From the NCBI GenBank assembly GCA_963790305.1, contig CAWBOC010000002.1, positions 128,001-192,000 of the forward strand: 64,000 nt of DNA, in the 5' to 3' direction. Position numbers and translations under genes: made by a program. The notes below the pieces were generated by a model. The model did no database searches. It saw only the letters and a program-made list of their open reading frames with translations, and was not told where the DNA came from. Shown in pieces: positions 32,223 to 42,118 of this stretch (position 1 is the first letter of the stretch; the number at the start of each line of letters is the position of its first letter). The DNA comes from an uncultured Gemmatimonadaceae bacterium (GTDB taxonomy: Bacteria; Gemmatimonadota; Gemmatimonadetes; Gemmatimonadales; Gemmatimonadaceae).

Positions 32223-33305
32223 ATGTTCGGAAAATTCTTCCTCCCCGGTCCCACAGAAGTCCGTCCCGAGATTCTCGCCGCGCAAACGCGGCCCATGATC
32301 GGCCATCGCGGCAAGGCGATGGAGGAGCTGATCGCGTCACTCGCCCCGGGGCTCCAGTACGTCTTTCGGACGACACGCCCGGTGTACATCTCGTCGTCGT
32401 CAGCGACCGGTCTCATGGAAGCGGCGGTGCGCAATGGCGCGCGCCGCAAGGTGCTGTCACTGGTAAACGGCGCCTTCAGCGAGCGCTTTCATCGCATCGC
32501 GGTCGCCTGTGGTCTCGAGGCGGATGTGCTCGAGGTGCCGCTCGGCGAAGGTCATTCCCCGGACATGCTCGAGCATGCGCTGCGTCGCGCGGACTACGAC
32601 GCCGTCACTGTCGTGCATTCGGAGACGTCGACCGGAGTGTTGAATCCGATCGCCGAGCTGGCGAAGGTGACGCACGCACGCGGTGATGTCGTGCTGCTCG
32701 TCGACAGCGTCACCGGCATCGCCGGCTCGCCGGTGGAGACCAATGCGTGGGAGCTCGACTTCGTTCTCACCGGATCCCAAAAGGCGCTCGCGCTTCCTCC
32801 CGGGCTCGCACTCGGTGTGGCGCGACCATCCCTGCTCGAGCGCGCGAAGGCCAAGAAGGACCGCGGCATTTACTTCGACTTCATCGAGTTCGAGAAGAAC
32901 ATCGTCAAGAACCAGACGCCGAATACCCCGGCCCTTCCACTCTTCTACGCGCTCGCCGCGCAGCTCGAGGCCATTCGTCGCGAAACGATCGAAGCGCGGT
33001 GGGAGCGGCACGCCGCCATGGCCCACCGCACGTGGGCGTGGGCCGATGAAATGAAAGCACGCGGATTCGACATTCGCGTGCTCGCCCCTGAGGGCTATCG
33101 CTCATCGACTGTCACCTGCCTGACAATGCCCTCAGGACACACGGGATCGGCAGTCACATCGGCGCTCAAGCAGCGCGGCTTCACGATTGCTTCCGGGTAC
33201 GGCGGCCTCAAGGATGCGACCATTCGCATCGGTCACATGGGCGATCATACGGTGGCGGAGCTCGACGTGCTCCTCGCCGAGCTCGAGCAGGTGCTCGGGA
33301 CGTGA
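32223..33305 (+). CDS. Class V PLP aminotransferase (alanine-glyoxylate/serine-pyruvate type)
   Basis: PGPT, IGHR, HSETSTG, VDSV, GSQKALALPPG, RIGHMG. Confidence 0.9.
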   Translation: MFGKFFLPGPTEVRPEILAAQTRPMIGHRGKAMEELIASLAPGLQYVFRTTRPVYISSSSATGLMEAAVRNGARRKVLSLVNGAFSERFHRIAVACGLEADVLEVPLGEGHSPDMLEHALRRADYDAVTVVHSETSTGVLNPIAELAKVTHARGDVVLLVDSVTGIAGSPVETNAWELDFVLTGSQKALALPPGLALGVARPSLLERAKAKKDRGIYFDFIEFEKNIVKNQTPNTPALPLFYALAAQLEAIRRETIEARWERHAAMAHRTWAWADEMKARGFDIRVLAPEGYRSSTVTCLTMPSGHTGSAVTSALKQRGFTIASGYGGLKDATIRIGHMGDHTVAELDVLLAELEQVLGT

Positions 33306-34903
33306 GTGAATCGTTCAAGGTCCTCGTCGCGGACGCGATCGCCGCTGACGGTCTCGCTCCGTTGCGTGATGACGCGCGATTCGATCTGATCTCCAAACCT
33401 GGGCTGTCGGGTGACGCGCTGGCGACGGCAATGGCGGACGTCAATGCCGTGCTCGTCCGCAGCGCGACGAAGATCACGCGGGAATCGCTGGCGAAAGCCG
33501 AGCGACTCAAGGTCATCGGCCGCGCTGGAGTCGGCGTCGATACGATCGACGTCGACGCGGCGACGGAGAAGGGAATCGCCGTGCTCACGGCGCCGTCGGG
33601 AAACACGATATCGGCCTGCGAGCTCACCTTTGCGCTGCTGCTCGCGCTCGTCAGGCGCGTACCCGCCGCCGACCGGTCAATGCACGACGGCGCGTGGGAT
33701 CGCAAGAGCTTCGGCGGCGTCGAGCTCTACGGAAAGACGCTCGGCCTGGTGGGTGCAGGGCGGATTGGGGGAGAGGTGGCGAAGCGCGCCCGCGCGTTCG
33801 GCATGCGCGTATTGGTCTACGATCCCTATCTCACCGATGAGCGGGCGCGGGCGCTCGACGCACAGCTCATGAGCCTGGACGACGTTCTCGCTCGAGCCGA
33901 CGTCATCTCGTTGCACGTCCCACTCACCGAGGGCACGCAGGGCCTCATCGGCCGGGAGCGTCTTGCGCGGATGAAGCGCGGCGCGCTGGTGGTCAATGCT
34001 GCGCGAGGCGGCGTGATCGACGAGACCGCACTGGTCGAAGCGCTGCGTGAGAAGCGCATCGGGGGCGCCGCTCTGGATGTGTTCGAGCAGGAGCCGCTGC
34101 CCAAGGATCATCCCCTTCGCGCGCTCGACAACGTCGTGCTCACACCGCATCTCGGCGCCTCCACCGAGGAGGCGCAGCAGAACGTTGCGCTCGAGATCGC
34201 GGAAGCGGTTCGGGCCGCGCTCGCCAATGGCGACTTCTCGCGTGCCGTGAACGCCCCCGCGGTGGGTAGCGAAGAGATGCGACGGCTCCGGCCCCTGCTC
34301 GAGCTTGCCGAGCGATTGGGGCGGCTCGCGTCGACGATGCTGGATGGTGCGCCGGAGATGGCCGAGGTTCGCTACGCTGGCGGCGCCGATGAGGAAGCCC
34401 TGCGACCGTTGGCGGCGTCAGCCCTCGTCGGTCTGCTCTCGGCGATCGTTGGGCGCACGAACGTGAACTTCGTGAACGCGAGCCATCTCGCGAAGGCACG
34501 GGGGCTCGAGGTGCGTCGCACGAGGCTCGGTCCGCATCCCGCGTTCGCGGAGTTCGTCGAGCTGCGCGCCGCTAGTCGCGACCGCGAGGTACGGGTCTCG
34601 GGGGCGCTACTCGGAGGTGGGCATCCGCGCATCGTGCGCATCGGCGAGTACCACGTCGACGTGGTGCCGAAGGGAACGCTCGTGATCCTGCGCAATCGCA
34701 ATGTGCCGGGCGTCATCGGTCGCGTCGGCACGCTGCTGGGCAACGCCGGGATCAACATCGGCGAATACCACCAGGCGCGACTCGAAGCGGGCGGTGAGGC
34801 GATTGCCGCGATCAGCGTGGACGGGCGGCTCGACTCCGACGTGGTGGCGCGCTTGCGTGCGCTGCCGGAGGTCATCGACGCTCGTCAGGCGCAGCTCGAG
34901 TAA
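33302..34903 (+). CDS. serA: D-3-phosphoglycerate dehydrogenase (with ASB and ACT domains)
   Basis: RAGVGVD, GAGRIG, NAARGG, TPHLGAST, C-terminal ACT (NVPGVIG); 533 aa. Confidence 0.95.
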   Translation: MSESFKVLVADAIAADGLAPLRDDARFDLISKPGLSGDALATAMADVNAVLVRSATKITRESLAKAERLKVIGRAGVGVDTIDVDAATEKGIAVLTAPSGNTISACELTFALLLALVRRVPAADRSMHDGAWDRKSFGGVELYGKTLGLVGAGRIGGEVAKRARAFGMRVLVYDPYLTDERARALDAQLMSLDDVLARADVISLHVPLTEGTQGLIGRERLARMKRGALVVNAARGGVIDETALVEALREKRIGGAALDVFEQEPLPKDHPLRALDNVVLTPHLGASTEEAQQNVALEIAEAVRAALANGDFSRAVNAPAVGSEEMRRLRPLLELAERLGRLASTMLDGAPEMAEVRYAGGADEEALRPLAASALVGLLSAIVGRTNVNFVNASHLAKARGLEVRRTRLGPHPAFAEFVELRAASRDREVRVSGALLGGGHPRIVRIGEYHVDVVPKGTLVILRNRNVPGVIGRVGTLLGNAGINIGEYHQARLEAGGEAIAAISVDGRLDSDVVARLRALPEVIDARQAQLE

Positions 34904-35327
34904 CCGACCGTGCGGGCGGGTCGCCGCACGGCTTTCGCCACGCGAGAATGGGGCTCTCGGGGGGTGTGACGCGGCCGTCGGCGACGAACGCGTAGGCAAT
35001 GCCCCGAACCGTATCGCCCTCAGCTGGCTGCCGCTCCAGGTTGATCCCCACGCCGACCGGCCACCAGGTGGGATAGAGAACGAGGCCGGGACCGCCGATG
35101 CGCGCGAACGAGGCGGCATCGTGCCGCGGCGCTCCATCCGTCGTCGACGCTTCGGGCGGTGGCGGTGAACCACGCGCGGTATACCTGGAGTGCCCGGCCG
35201 CCGTCCAGTCGAGCGAGGGTGACCACGCTCCGAACACGAATCCCCAGCACTCGTTAGGGCGCGGGTCGGGCGACTGGGCGGAGAGAGGGTTCGCGACCAT
35301 GGCGAGCAAAAGCGCGCCAAGGTACAC
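34872..35327 (-). CDS. Secreted hypothetical protein
   Basis: Signal-like N-terminus (YLGALLLAMVANPLSAQ), Trp-rich body; 3' end overlaps the serA end. Confidence 0.5.
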   Translation of the reverse strand: MYLGALLLAMVANPLSAQSPDPRPNECWGFVFGAWSPSLDWTAAGHSRYTARGSPPPPEASTTDGAPRHDAASFARIGGPGLVLYPTWWPVGVGINLERQPAEGDTVRGIAYAFVADGRVTPPESPILAWRKPCGDPPARSVTRAAPDERR

Positions 35328-35398
35328 GAGGATGTCCAGGTCGTCGAGGTGATCGAGGATGAAGTCACCTCGATCACCTCGACATCCTCGATCACCTC
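35327..35398. repeat. Nonamer-arm palindrome, TCGAGGTGA family
   Basis: Four CGAGG-containing 9-mers followed by inverted CCTCGA 9-mers. Confidence 0.75.
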
Positions 35399-35404
35399 TG
35401 CTTC

Positions 35405-35851
35405 TCACGGTCCAATCACCTTCGCGAAACGTCGCCCGGTGTATTCGTAGCCGAGGTGCTGATAGAACGCGTGGGCGTCGGCGCGACGCTCCGCGCTCGT
35501 GACCATGATGCGGCCGCACTGCCAGACGCGCGCTTCGTCCTCCGCCCGCGCGATGAGCAGCCGTCCCACCCCCGCCCGCCGATCGCGTTCCGTGACCACC
35601 AGGGCGATGATCATGGCGACGTCGCTCAGCGACGTGAGCACCGGCATGCAATGCAGTCCCAGCACGCCCAGCACCGTCGCTTCGCGCTCGGCGACGAAGA
35701 CGCGCGATCCCTCGTGGACGAGCAGGCGGGCGAGCCGCGTGCGCACCCCGTCGGGCTGCGATGGATAGCCGAGCTCCCCGAGAAGCGCTGCGATCGCGCC
35801 GGCGTCCTCGATGATGGCGTCACGGACGCGAAAGGTGCTCGAGGTGCTCAA
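35405..35851 (-). CDS. GNAT acetyltransferase
   Basis: LGELGYP, RRAGVGRLL, AHAFYQHLGY; predicted start lies inside a repeat, so the true start may be slightly downstream. Confidence 0.85.
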   Translation of the reverse strand: MSTSSTFRVRDAIIEDAGAIAALLGELGYPSQPDGVRTRLARLLVHEGSRVFVAEREATVLGVLGLHCMPVLTSLSDVAMIIALVVTERDRRAGVGRLLIARAEDEARVWQCGRIMVTSAERRADAHAFYQHLGYEYTGRRFAKVIGP

Positions 35852-35889
35852 GGTGCTCGAGGGACTGCAGTTCGCACCTCGAGCACCTT
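35832..35889. repeat. Nonamer-arm palindrome, GAGGTGCTC family
   Basis: (AGGTGCTCG/A)x3 ... GCACCTCGAGCACCTT. Confidence 0.75.
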
Positions 35890-36653
35890 CATCTGCTCCT
35901 CATCCAATGCAGGAACGCTCGCTCGTCAGGCGTCAACGCGTCCGCGCCTTCCGCGGTCACCTTCGCACGAAGGCGGTCGAGCTCCTCGAGGGTCAGCGCA
36001 TGAAGCCCGTCGCGCTTGATGGAATCGAAGTCCGGGGCGCCGGTGCTCACGATGGGAGTGCGCGTTCCGAAGGTCGCGACCTCCATGCGCTTCTTGAACT
36101 TCTGCCGGTCGGAGCGCGCATCGAGCCAGCGAAGATAGAGGTACGCCGCCGCGTAGCCGCCGAGGTGTGCCCAGTGGGCGATCGATCCCCCGACGCTGCC
36201 AGTGCCCGACCACAGCGAGTACAGCGTCGTCACCACCACGAGGACCCGCGCCTCGACGGGCAGAATGCCCCAGATCATGATGCGATCGTGCGGCCAGAAC
36301 ATCGCGTAGGCGAGAAAAACTCCGAAAGTCGCACCAGAGGCGCCCACGATGAAGACGTTGGGCGTGAGGAACGACAGGAGGGCGCCGCCGAGCCCGCTCA
36401 GCAGGTAGAGCACGATGAATCGCGGACTGCCCAGGCGCTCTTCCACGCGCGGACCGAAGAAGTACAGGCTCAGCATGTTGAAGAACAGATGCCAGGGCCC
36501 GGCGTGCAGGAACATGTACGTGAACGCCGTCCACGGTTGCTGAAAGACGTCGCGCGCACGGAAGGCCAGCAGGGCGGGGATCTCTGGCATCGCCGCGCCT
36601 AACGCGAACATCACGACATTGGCGGCGAGCAGCCGCGCGACCCACGGCGTCAT
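35889..36653 (-). CDS. Rhomboid intramembrane serine protease
   Basis: TYMFLH...HLFFNM, GASG, AHLGG. Confidence 0.9.
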   Translation of the reverse strand: MTPWVARLLAANVVMFALGAAMPEIPALLAFRARDVFQQPWTAFTYMFLHAGPWHLFFNMLSLYFFGPRVEERLGSPRFIVLYLLSGLGGALLSFLTPNVFIVGASGATFGVFLAYAMFWPHDRIMIWGILPVEARVLVVVTTLYSLWSGTGSVGGSIAHWAHLGGYAAAYLYLRWLDARSDRQKFKKRMEVATFGTRTPIVSTGAPDFDSIKRDGLHALTLEELDRLRAKVTAEGADALTPDERAFLHWMRSR

Positions 36654-36663
36654 GCCGCCGGTG

Positions 36664-36954
36664 TCAGCGAGCGGGCGGTTGAGATCCCGCCAGCCCGGAG
36701 GTGCGATCGGCCAACAGCTTCGTGGTGAATCGCTGCCCTTCCGAGATGCGCTCGACTTCGACCGCGATCGCATCGACGCCGGCCTCGAGGCGGCCCAGCC
36801 GCTCTTCGATTCTGGAGAGGTTCGGCGAGCCCCCCGAATCGCGTCGGTCGAGCCGACGCGCGATCACGCGCACCAGCGGAAGCCCGAGGACGGTGATCAC
36901 AATGGCGGGGAGCAGCATTTCCATTGTGTTGAGAAAGACGAGCTCGAGTGGCAT
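36664..36954 (-). CDS. Small membrane-anchored coiled-coil protein
   Basis: TM segment then RLGRLEAGVDAIAVEVERISEGQRFTTKLL. Confidence 0.7.
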   Translation of the reverse strand: MPLELVFLNTMEMLLPAIVITVLGLPLVRVIARRLDRRDSGGSPNLSRIEERLGRLEAGVDAIAVEVERISEGQRFTTKLLADRTSGLAGSQPPAR

Positions 36955-37136
36955 CGACGGCTCCGGACATGCTCAGGAGGGGGTGTCAGGCGCGTAGCGT
37001 ACATCGCATACGGGCGGGATGCAACGTTGGTGACACTACTGCCATCGCCGCTCGAAGTTTCGATGGAGCAGGGGATACCGACGGCACCGCGTGACGATTC
37101 CCGCGAGGTACAATCCCGAGCTAGATTCCGCACCAC

Positions 37137-38204
37137 ATGAGCTGGAACGAACTCCTCGCGTATCGGTGGCTCGGGAATCCGGTCGAGCAATGGCTGCTCG
37201 CCGCCGTGTTCATCATCCTCTCCACCGTGCTGTTGTGGGCGCTGAAGCGCCTCGCGGTGAGCCGCCTCTCCAGGTTCACCGCGCACACACGCACCGAGTT
37301 CGACGATCTCCTCGTCGTGCTGCTGAGCCGCACGCGAGTGATGCTCATCTTCATTGCCACGATTTCACCCGCCACGGCGCTTCTGGAATTCTCCCCGGGT
37401 GCGCACAACGTGCTGCGGGTCGTCTCGGTCGTGGCCCTCCTGGCGCAGATCGCCATCTGGGGAAACACGTTCATCACCTTCTGGACCGATCGATACGTTC
37501 GACGAGGAGACGGTGGAAGCGCAGGGACGACCGCGCTGTCGACGCTGGCGGTGCTCGCGCGAATCGCGATGGGCGGGCTGCTCATCCTCTTCCTGCTCGA
37601 CAACCTCGGCATCGACGTTACCGCGCTGCTCGCCGGCCTCGGGATCGGTGGGCTCATCATCGCCCTCGCCCTGCAGAACATGGTTGGCGACGTGCTGGCG
37701 GCGATGGGGATCCTCGTGGGCAAGCCGTTCGTCGTCGGCGACTTCATCGAGGCGCAGGGGATGATGGGGACCGTCGAATCGGTCGGATTGCGAGCGACGC
37801 GAATGCGCACACTCAGCGGTGATGAGCTGATCTTTCCCAACAGGAAACTGCTCGAGGGTACGATCAGGAATCACACGCGCATGACCGAGCGGCGCGTCGA
37901 TTTTCGCATCGCCGTCGCGTACGGCACGGCCCCTGAGAAGCTCGAGCGGATTCCCGGGATTGCACGGGCGGCCGTGAGCCAGCATCCCCTCGTTCGCTTC
38001 GACCGCGCCCACTTCCGCACGCTGCGCGACTGGTCGCTGGAGTTCGACGTCATCTACGTCATCGCGTCAGGGGACTTCACCGTGTACGCCGACATTCAGC
38101 AGCAGATCAATCTGGAGCTGATGCGTCGGCTGGATGCGGAAGGGATCCCCCTGGCGATGCCGACGCAGATCGTCGAGCTACAGACGATGAGCAAGGAGCA
38201 ATGA
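37137..38204 (+). CDS. Small-conductance mechanosensitive channel family protein
   Basis: LLAGLGIGG...LALQN, KPFVVGDFI, GTVESVGLR.T, PN. Confidence 0.9.
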   Translation: MSWNELLAYRWLGNPVEQWLLAAVFIILSTVLLWALKRLAVSRLSRFTAHTRTEFDDLLVVLLSRTRVMLIFIATISPATALLEFSPGAHNVLRVVSVVALLAQIAIWGNTFITFWTDRYVRRGDGGSAGTTALSTLAVLARIAMGGLLILFLLDNLGIDVTALLAGLGIGGLIIALALQNMVGDVLAAMGILVGKPFVVGDFIEAQGMMGTVESVGLRATRMRTLSGDELIFPNRKLLEGTIRNHTRMTERRVDFRIAVAYGTAPEKLERIPGIARAAVSQHPLVRFDRAHFRTLRDWSLEFDVIYVIASGDFTVYADIQQQINLELMRRLDAEGIPLAMPTQIVELQTMSKEQ

Positions 38205-38233
38205 GGAGGAATTTCCAATCGACATCCTCCTCC

Positions 38234-38701
38234 TCATTTCTCAGTGCCCAACAATTCAACCTTCCACTCGACGGGAATCCCAGGATCGAGAGAGTCGCGG
38301 ACCGAGCAGTACTTGGTCACCGCCAGCTCCACGGCCCGCTCCGCGTGCTCGCGCTCGATGCCGGCCCCAGTGATGCGGAAGGTGAGCAGGATCCGACGCA
38401 CCTTGCGAGGGACGCGGTCATCGGCGCGCTCCCCAACGACGTCGATCTCCAGCGATTTCACCGGTGTTCGGCGCTTGGCGAGGATGCTGACGACGTCGAT
38501 CGACGAACACGCGCCGAGCGCGCTGAGCAGGACATCGACCGGGCTCTGCGCCACCTTGCCGTGCCCATCCACGCGCAGCGTCGGCCCGCCTGGGCGACCA
38601 GCCTCGAACTCCTCGTCCCCGCGCCAACGAATCACGACGTGATTCGGCGGTCGCACCGCGGCCGGCGCCGACGCCACGGCTGACTTCTCGTCCGGCGTCA
38701 C
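38234..38701 (-). CDS. OsmC/Ohr (YhfA-like) protein
   Basis: [13 protein letters not shown]...KYCSV; GTG start overlapping the sulfurtransferase stop. Confidence 0.85.
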   Translation of the reverse strand: MTPDEKSAVASAPAAVRPPNHVVIRWRGDEEFEAGRPGGPTLRVDGHGKVAQSPVDVLLSALGACSSIDVVSILAKRRTPVKSLEIDVVGERADDRVPRKVRRILLTFRITGAGIEREHAERAVELAVTKYCSVRDSLDPGIPVEWKVELLGTEK

Positions 38702-39594
38702 TTCTCGATCGGCGCTCTCACCGAGTTTCCCCACTCCGTCCACGAGCCGTCGTAGTTGCGCACCTTCTCGTAGCCCAGCAAGTACGAGAGCACGAACCAG
38801 GTGTGCGATGAGCGCTCGCCAATGCGACAGTACGCGACGACATCATCGGATTTCTGGAGCCCCGCATCCCGCTCGTACAGTTGGCGAAGCTCGTCCGCGC
38901 TCTTGAAGGACCCATCCGGGTTTGCAGCGCGCGCCCAGGGGACGTTCTTCGCGCCGGGAATGTGTCCACCGCGGAGCACGCCCTCCTGGGGATACTCCGC
39001 CATATGCGTGCGCTGGCCGCTGAACTCCTCCGGCGAGCGGACATCGATGAGCGGACGGCGTCCCCGCATGTGCTCGAGGACCTCGTCCTTGAACGCGCGA
39101 ATACGCGAATCCTCCCGCTTGGGCGCCCGGTAGCGGGTCGGTGAAAACGTCTTCACCTCTGTGACCATCGGCCGTCCTTCCTTCTCCCACTTCGTCCGGC
39201 CGCCGTCGAGGATGCGGGCGTTCGTGAAGCCGAAGAGCTGGAACACCCAGAAGGCGTAGGTCGCCCACCAGTTGTTTTTGTCCCCGTAAAAAATGACGGT
39301 CGTGCTCTCGTCGATTCCTTTCGAGCGAAGCAGCTCCTCGAATTTCTCGGACGCGATGTAGTCGCGCACCACCGGATCGTTCAAATCGGCGTGCCAATCG
39401 ACCTTCTGCGCGTTCGGGATGTGTCCCGTGTCGAAGAGGAGCACGTCCTCATCGCTCTCCAGGATCCGGATGCTCGGGTCATCGAGATGTGCGGCGAGCC
39501 ATTCCGTGGTCACGAGCACCTCGGGTCGCGCATAGCCCTTTCGCGTGGTCTCGGCGTCGAGGCTCATGCCCGGCTCAGCAGCGGTGGAGGTCAT
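38698..39594 (-). CDS. Two-domain rhodanese sulfurtransferase (SseA/CysA type)
   Basis: GHIP, LDGG, active site [14 protein letters not shown]. Confidence 0.92.
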   Translation of the reverse strand: MTSTAAEPGMSLDAETTRKGYARPEVLVTTEWLAAHLDDPSIRILESDEDVLLFDTGHIPNAQKVDWHADLNDPVVRDYIASEKFEELLRSKGIDESTTVIFYGDKNNWWATYAFWVFQLFGFTNARILDGGRTKWEKEGRPMVTEVKTFSPTRYRAPKREDSRIRAFKDEVLEHMRGRRPLIDVRSPEEFSGQRTHMAEYPQEGVLRGGHIPGAKNVPWARAANPDGSFKSADELRQLYERDAGLQKSDDVVAYCRIGERSSHTWFVLSYLLGYEKVRNYDGSWTEWGNSVRAPIEK

Positions 39595-39810
39595 GGTTCC
39601 CTCCCATCAATGGGGTTCTGCGTAGTGGTATGGAGCAGAGTCAGGCGTGTCAAGCTGGCGAGGCATTTCGGGGCGTCCTATACTCCCTCAACCGACGACG
39701 AAAACAGGAACGCCGACGGAGGGCGGAGGTGTTCATCGGGGTACAGACCCTGGTGTGCCCCTATGGTTCAAACGCCTTCACTCTCGTTTCGCGTTCCATC
39801 CAACCCCCGT

Positions 39811-41025
39811 ATGGTGACCGACCTGCGCGACCAGCTTCAGGCCTCGCTTGGTGACGCCTATCGGCTCGAACGCGAGCTGGGGGGCGGAGGAATGTCGCGC
39901 GTGTTCGTCGCCAAGGAGAAGGCGCTCGACCGGCGCGTGGTGATCAAGGTGCTGCCGCCGGAGCTCACCGGTACGCTCAGTATCGAGCGGTTTCGCCGGG
40001 AGATTCAACTGGCCGCGCGCGTGCACCATCCGCACGTGGTGCCCGTGCTGCTCGTCGGACAGGCGGATGGGGTGCTGTACTACACGATGCCGTACATCGA
40101 AGGGGAATCGCTGCGCGACCGGCTGGACCGCGAGGGACGCCTTTCGATCGATGATGTAATTCGCATCATGCGCGACGTCGCCGACGCGCTCAGCCACGCC
40201 CACGCGCTCGGCGTCATCCATCGGGATGTGAAGCCGGACAACATCCTCCTCGTCAGGCACCACGGGCTCGTCACCGATTTCGGTGTCGCGAAGGCATTGC
40301 GACAGTCACGGCAGCCGGAGGACCGGCGTGCGCGTGGACGCACGCCCTCTCACGGCATGGCACTGGGCACGCCGGCATACATGGCCCCGGAGCAGGCGGC
40401 CGCTGATCCAACCATCGACCACCGCGCCGACATCTATGCGCTCGGGTGCGTCGCGTATGAGATGCTGGCCGGGAAGCCGCCATTCACCGATCGGCCCCTG
40501 CAGAAGATTCTCGCCGCGCAGGTCGCCGAGCGACCAGTCACGATCTCGAAGCTGCGTCCCGACGTGAGCCCGGCACTCGAGAAGATCGTGATGCGGTGCC
40601 TGGAGAAGAATCCTGCGCAGCGATGGGTCGACGCCGACGACCTCACCGATGAGCTGAACACGCTCATGGCGCACAGCATCTCGCTGGCGAGCACCGGCGG
40701 GCAGGCGATCCTGCCGCGGCGTGTGCGAAGCCGGAGGGCCATCGTTGCCTATCTGGGATCGTCGATCGTCGTCGTCGCCGCGGCGCGTCTGGTGCGCGAC
40801 ATGTTCTCGCTGCCCGATTGGGTGCCCACCGGCGCCATGCTGATCATGGCGCTCGGTCTCCCCATCGTTCTGTTCACCGCGTTCCTCCACAGCTCCGCTC
40901 CGACCGGGGGCCCTTTTCGTCTTCGGGCCCGGCGCATCCTCACCTGGAAGACGACGGCGTTAGGCGCGTGGGTGGCGATCGGCCTGTTCGCGCTGGCGGT
41001 GGCGATTTATGCCATCGCGGAATGA
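39811..41025 (+). CDS. Hanks-type Ser/Thr protein kinase with C-terminal TM helices
   Basis: LGGGGMSRV, VVIKVL, HRDVKPDN, DFG, GTPAYMAPE, DIYALG. Confidence 0.92.
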   Translation: MVTDLRDQLQASLGDAYRLERELGGGGMSRVFVAKEKALDRRVVIKVLPPELTGTLSIERFRREIQLAARVHHPHVVPVLLVGQADGVLYYTMPYIEGESLRDRLDREGRLSIDDVIRIMRDVADALSHAHALGVIHRDVKPDNILLVRHHGLVTDFGVAKALRQSRQPEDRRARGRTPSHGMALGTPAYMAPEQAAADPTIDHRADIYALGCVAYEMLAGKPPFTDRPLQKILAAQVAERPVTISKLRPDVSPALEKIVMRCLEKNPAQRWVDADDLTDELNTLMAHSISLASTGGQAILPRRVRSRRAIVAYLGSSIVVVAAARLVRDMFSLPDWVPTGAMLIMALGLPIVLFTAFLHSSAPTGGPFRLRARRILTWKTTALGAWVAIGLFALAVAIYAIAE

Positions 41026-41034
41026 CACAATTCA

Positions 41035-41095
41035 GAATGCGGAATACGGAATGCGGTGTGAGGAGCTACTCCGTTCGCATTCCGCATTCCGCATT
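41035..41095. repeat. Heptamer-arm palindrome, GAATGCG family
   Basis: GAATGCGGAATACGGAATGCGG ... CGCATTCCGCATTCCGCATT between convergent genes. Confidence 0.8.
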
Positions 41096-41100
41096 GCTCT

Positions 41101-41445
41101 CTAGGCGATCGGCACTCCGTTCGCTACGGAACCATCCACGCGCAACAAGACCACGTCCCCCTCGGCCGCGCACGCGCCGAGCACGAGGACTTCGCTCGCG
41201 AAGCCGGCGATGCGGCGCGGGGGAAAGTTGACGACCGCTACCACCTGTCGGCCGACGAGCGCCTCCGGCGTGTAGTGCAGCGTGATCTGCGCGCTCGATC
41301 GCTTCACCCCGATCTCGGGGCCAAAGTCGATCGCCAGCTTGATCAATGGTTTCCGCGCCTGCGGAAAGGGCTCCGCGCTGACGACCGTGCCGACGCGTAT
41401 GTCGATCTTCTGGAAGTCATCCAGAGTGGCCAGGGACTCGAACAA
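41101..41445 (-). CDS. csaA: CsaA-like tRNA-binding/chaperone protein
   Basis: [34 protein letters not shown]. Confidence 0.85.
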   Translation of the reverse strand: MFESLATLDDFQKIDIRVGTVVSAEPFPQARKPLIKLAIDFGPEIGVKRSSAQITLHYTPEALVGRQVVAVVNFPPRRIAGFASEVLVLGACAAEGDVVLLRVDGSVANGVPIA

Positions 41446-41456
41446 TTCTCGTTCCT

Positions 41457-41690
41457 CTATTCGACTCGCTCGAGCTCATGAGCGAGAAACTCGGCCATCC
41501 AGAGCGCCCGCCCATCGTCGGTGCAGCGCTCCACCAGGTAGATCCCGTCAGCAACCTCTTCGACGACCATTCCGATCTCGCCGATACGCGGCTGCCGTGG
41601 TGGGTCGAGCGAGCTGTCAATGACGCGGTCGTCCCCCTCGAGGTTGACGATTCGCACCTGGTCCCGTGGATAGAAGGACGGGGATGGCAT
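41457..41690 (-). CDS. Small hypothetical protein
   Basis: 77-aa ORF with beta-rich pattern, co-oriented with csaA. Confidence 0.55.
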   Translation of the reverse strand: MPSPSFYPRDQVRIVNLEGDDRVIDSSLDPPRQPRIGEIGMVVEEVADGIYLVERCTDDGRALWMAEFLAHELERVE

Positions 41691-41794
41691 CAGGGGAACA
41701 ATGGAAGCGCTCCGGCTTACCGGCCAGTGCCCGCGCCAACGGCGGACACTACATTGAATTCCTCACACCTCCCTTCTCGTTCCCTGTAATCTGA

Positions 41795-42118
41795 ATGGGC
41801 CAGTACAAGTACCACGTGTTCGTGTGCACGTCGGGGAAGGAGTGCCCGAAGCAGGGATCCGAGGAGGTGCACCGGGCGCTCAAGAAATGCGTTGGGGCCA
41901 CCGGCCTGAAGGGGCTCGTGCGCGTGAATCACGCGGGATGCATGAACCAATGTGGGCACGGCCCCATGGTCGTGGTCTATCCCGAAGACACCTGGTACGC
42001 GGGCGTCGACGTCGCGGGCGCGAACCGCATCGTGCTCGAGCATCTCATCGGCGGTACGCCGGTCGAGGAGTATCGCTATGTCGCTCCCCCGGGAGACAAC
42101 AAGCTCACGGATGATTGA
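41795..42118 (+). CDS. Thioredoxin-like [2Fe-2S] ferredoxin
   Basis: HVFVC...C...GCMNQCGHGP.VVVYPE.TWY. Confidence 0.9.
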   Translation: MGQYKYHVFVCTSGKECPKQGSEEVHRALKKCVGATGLKGLVRVNHAGCMNQCGHGPMVVVYPEDTWYAGVDVAGANRIVLEHLIGGTPVEEYRYVAPPGDNKLTDD

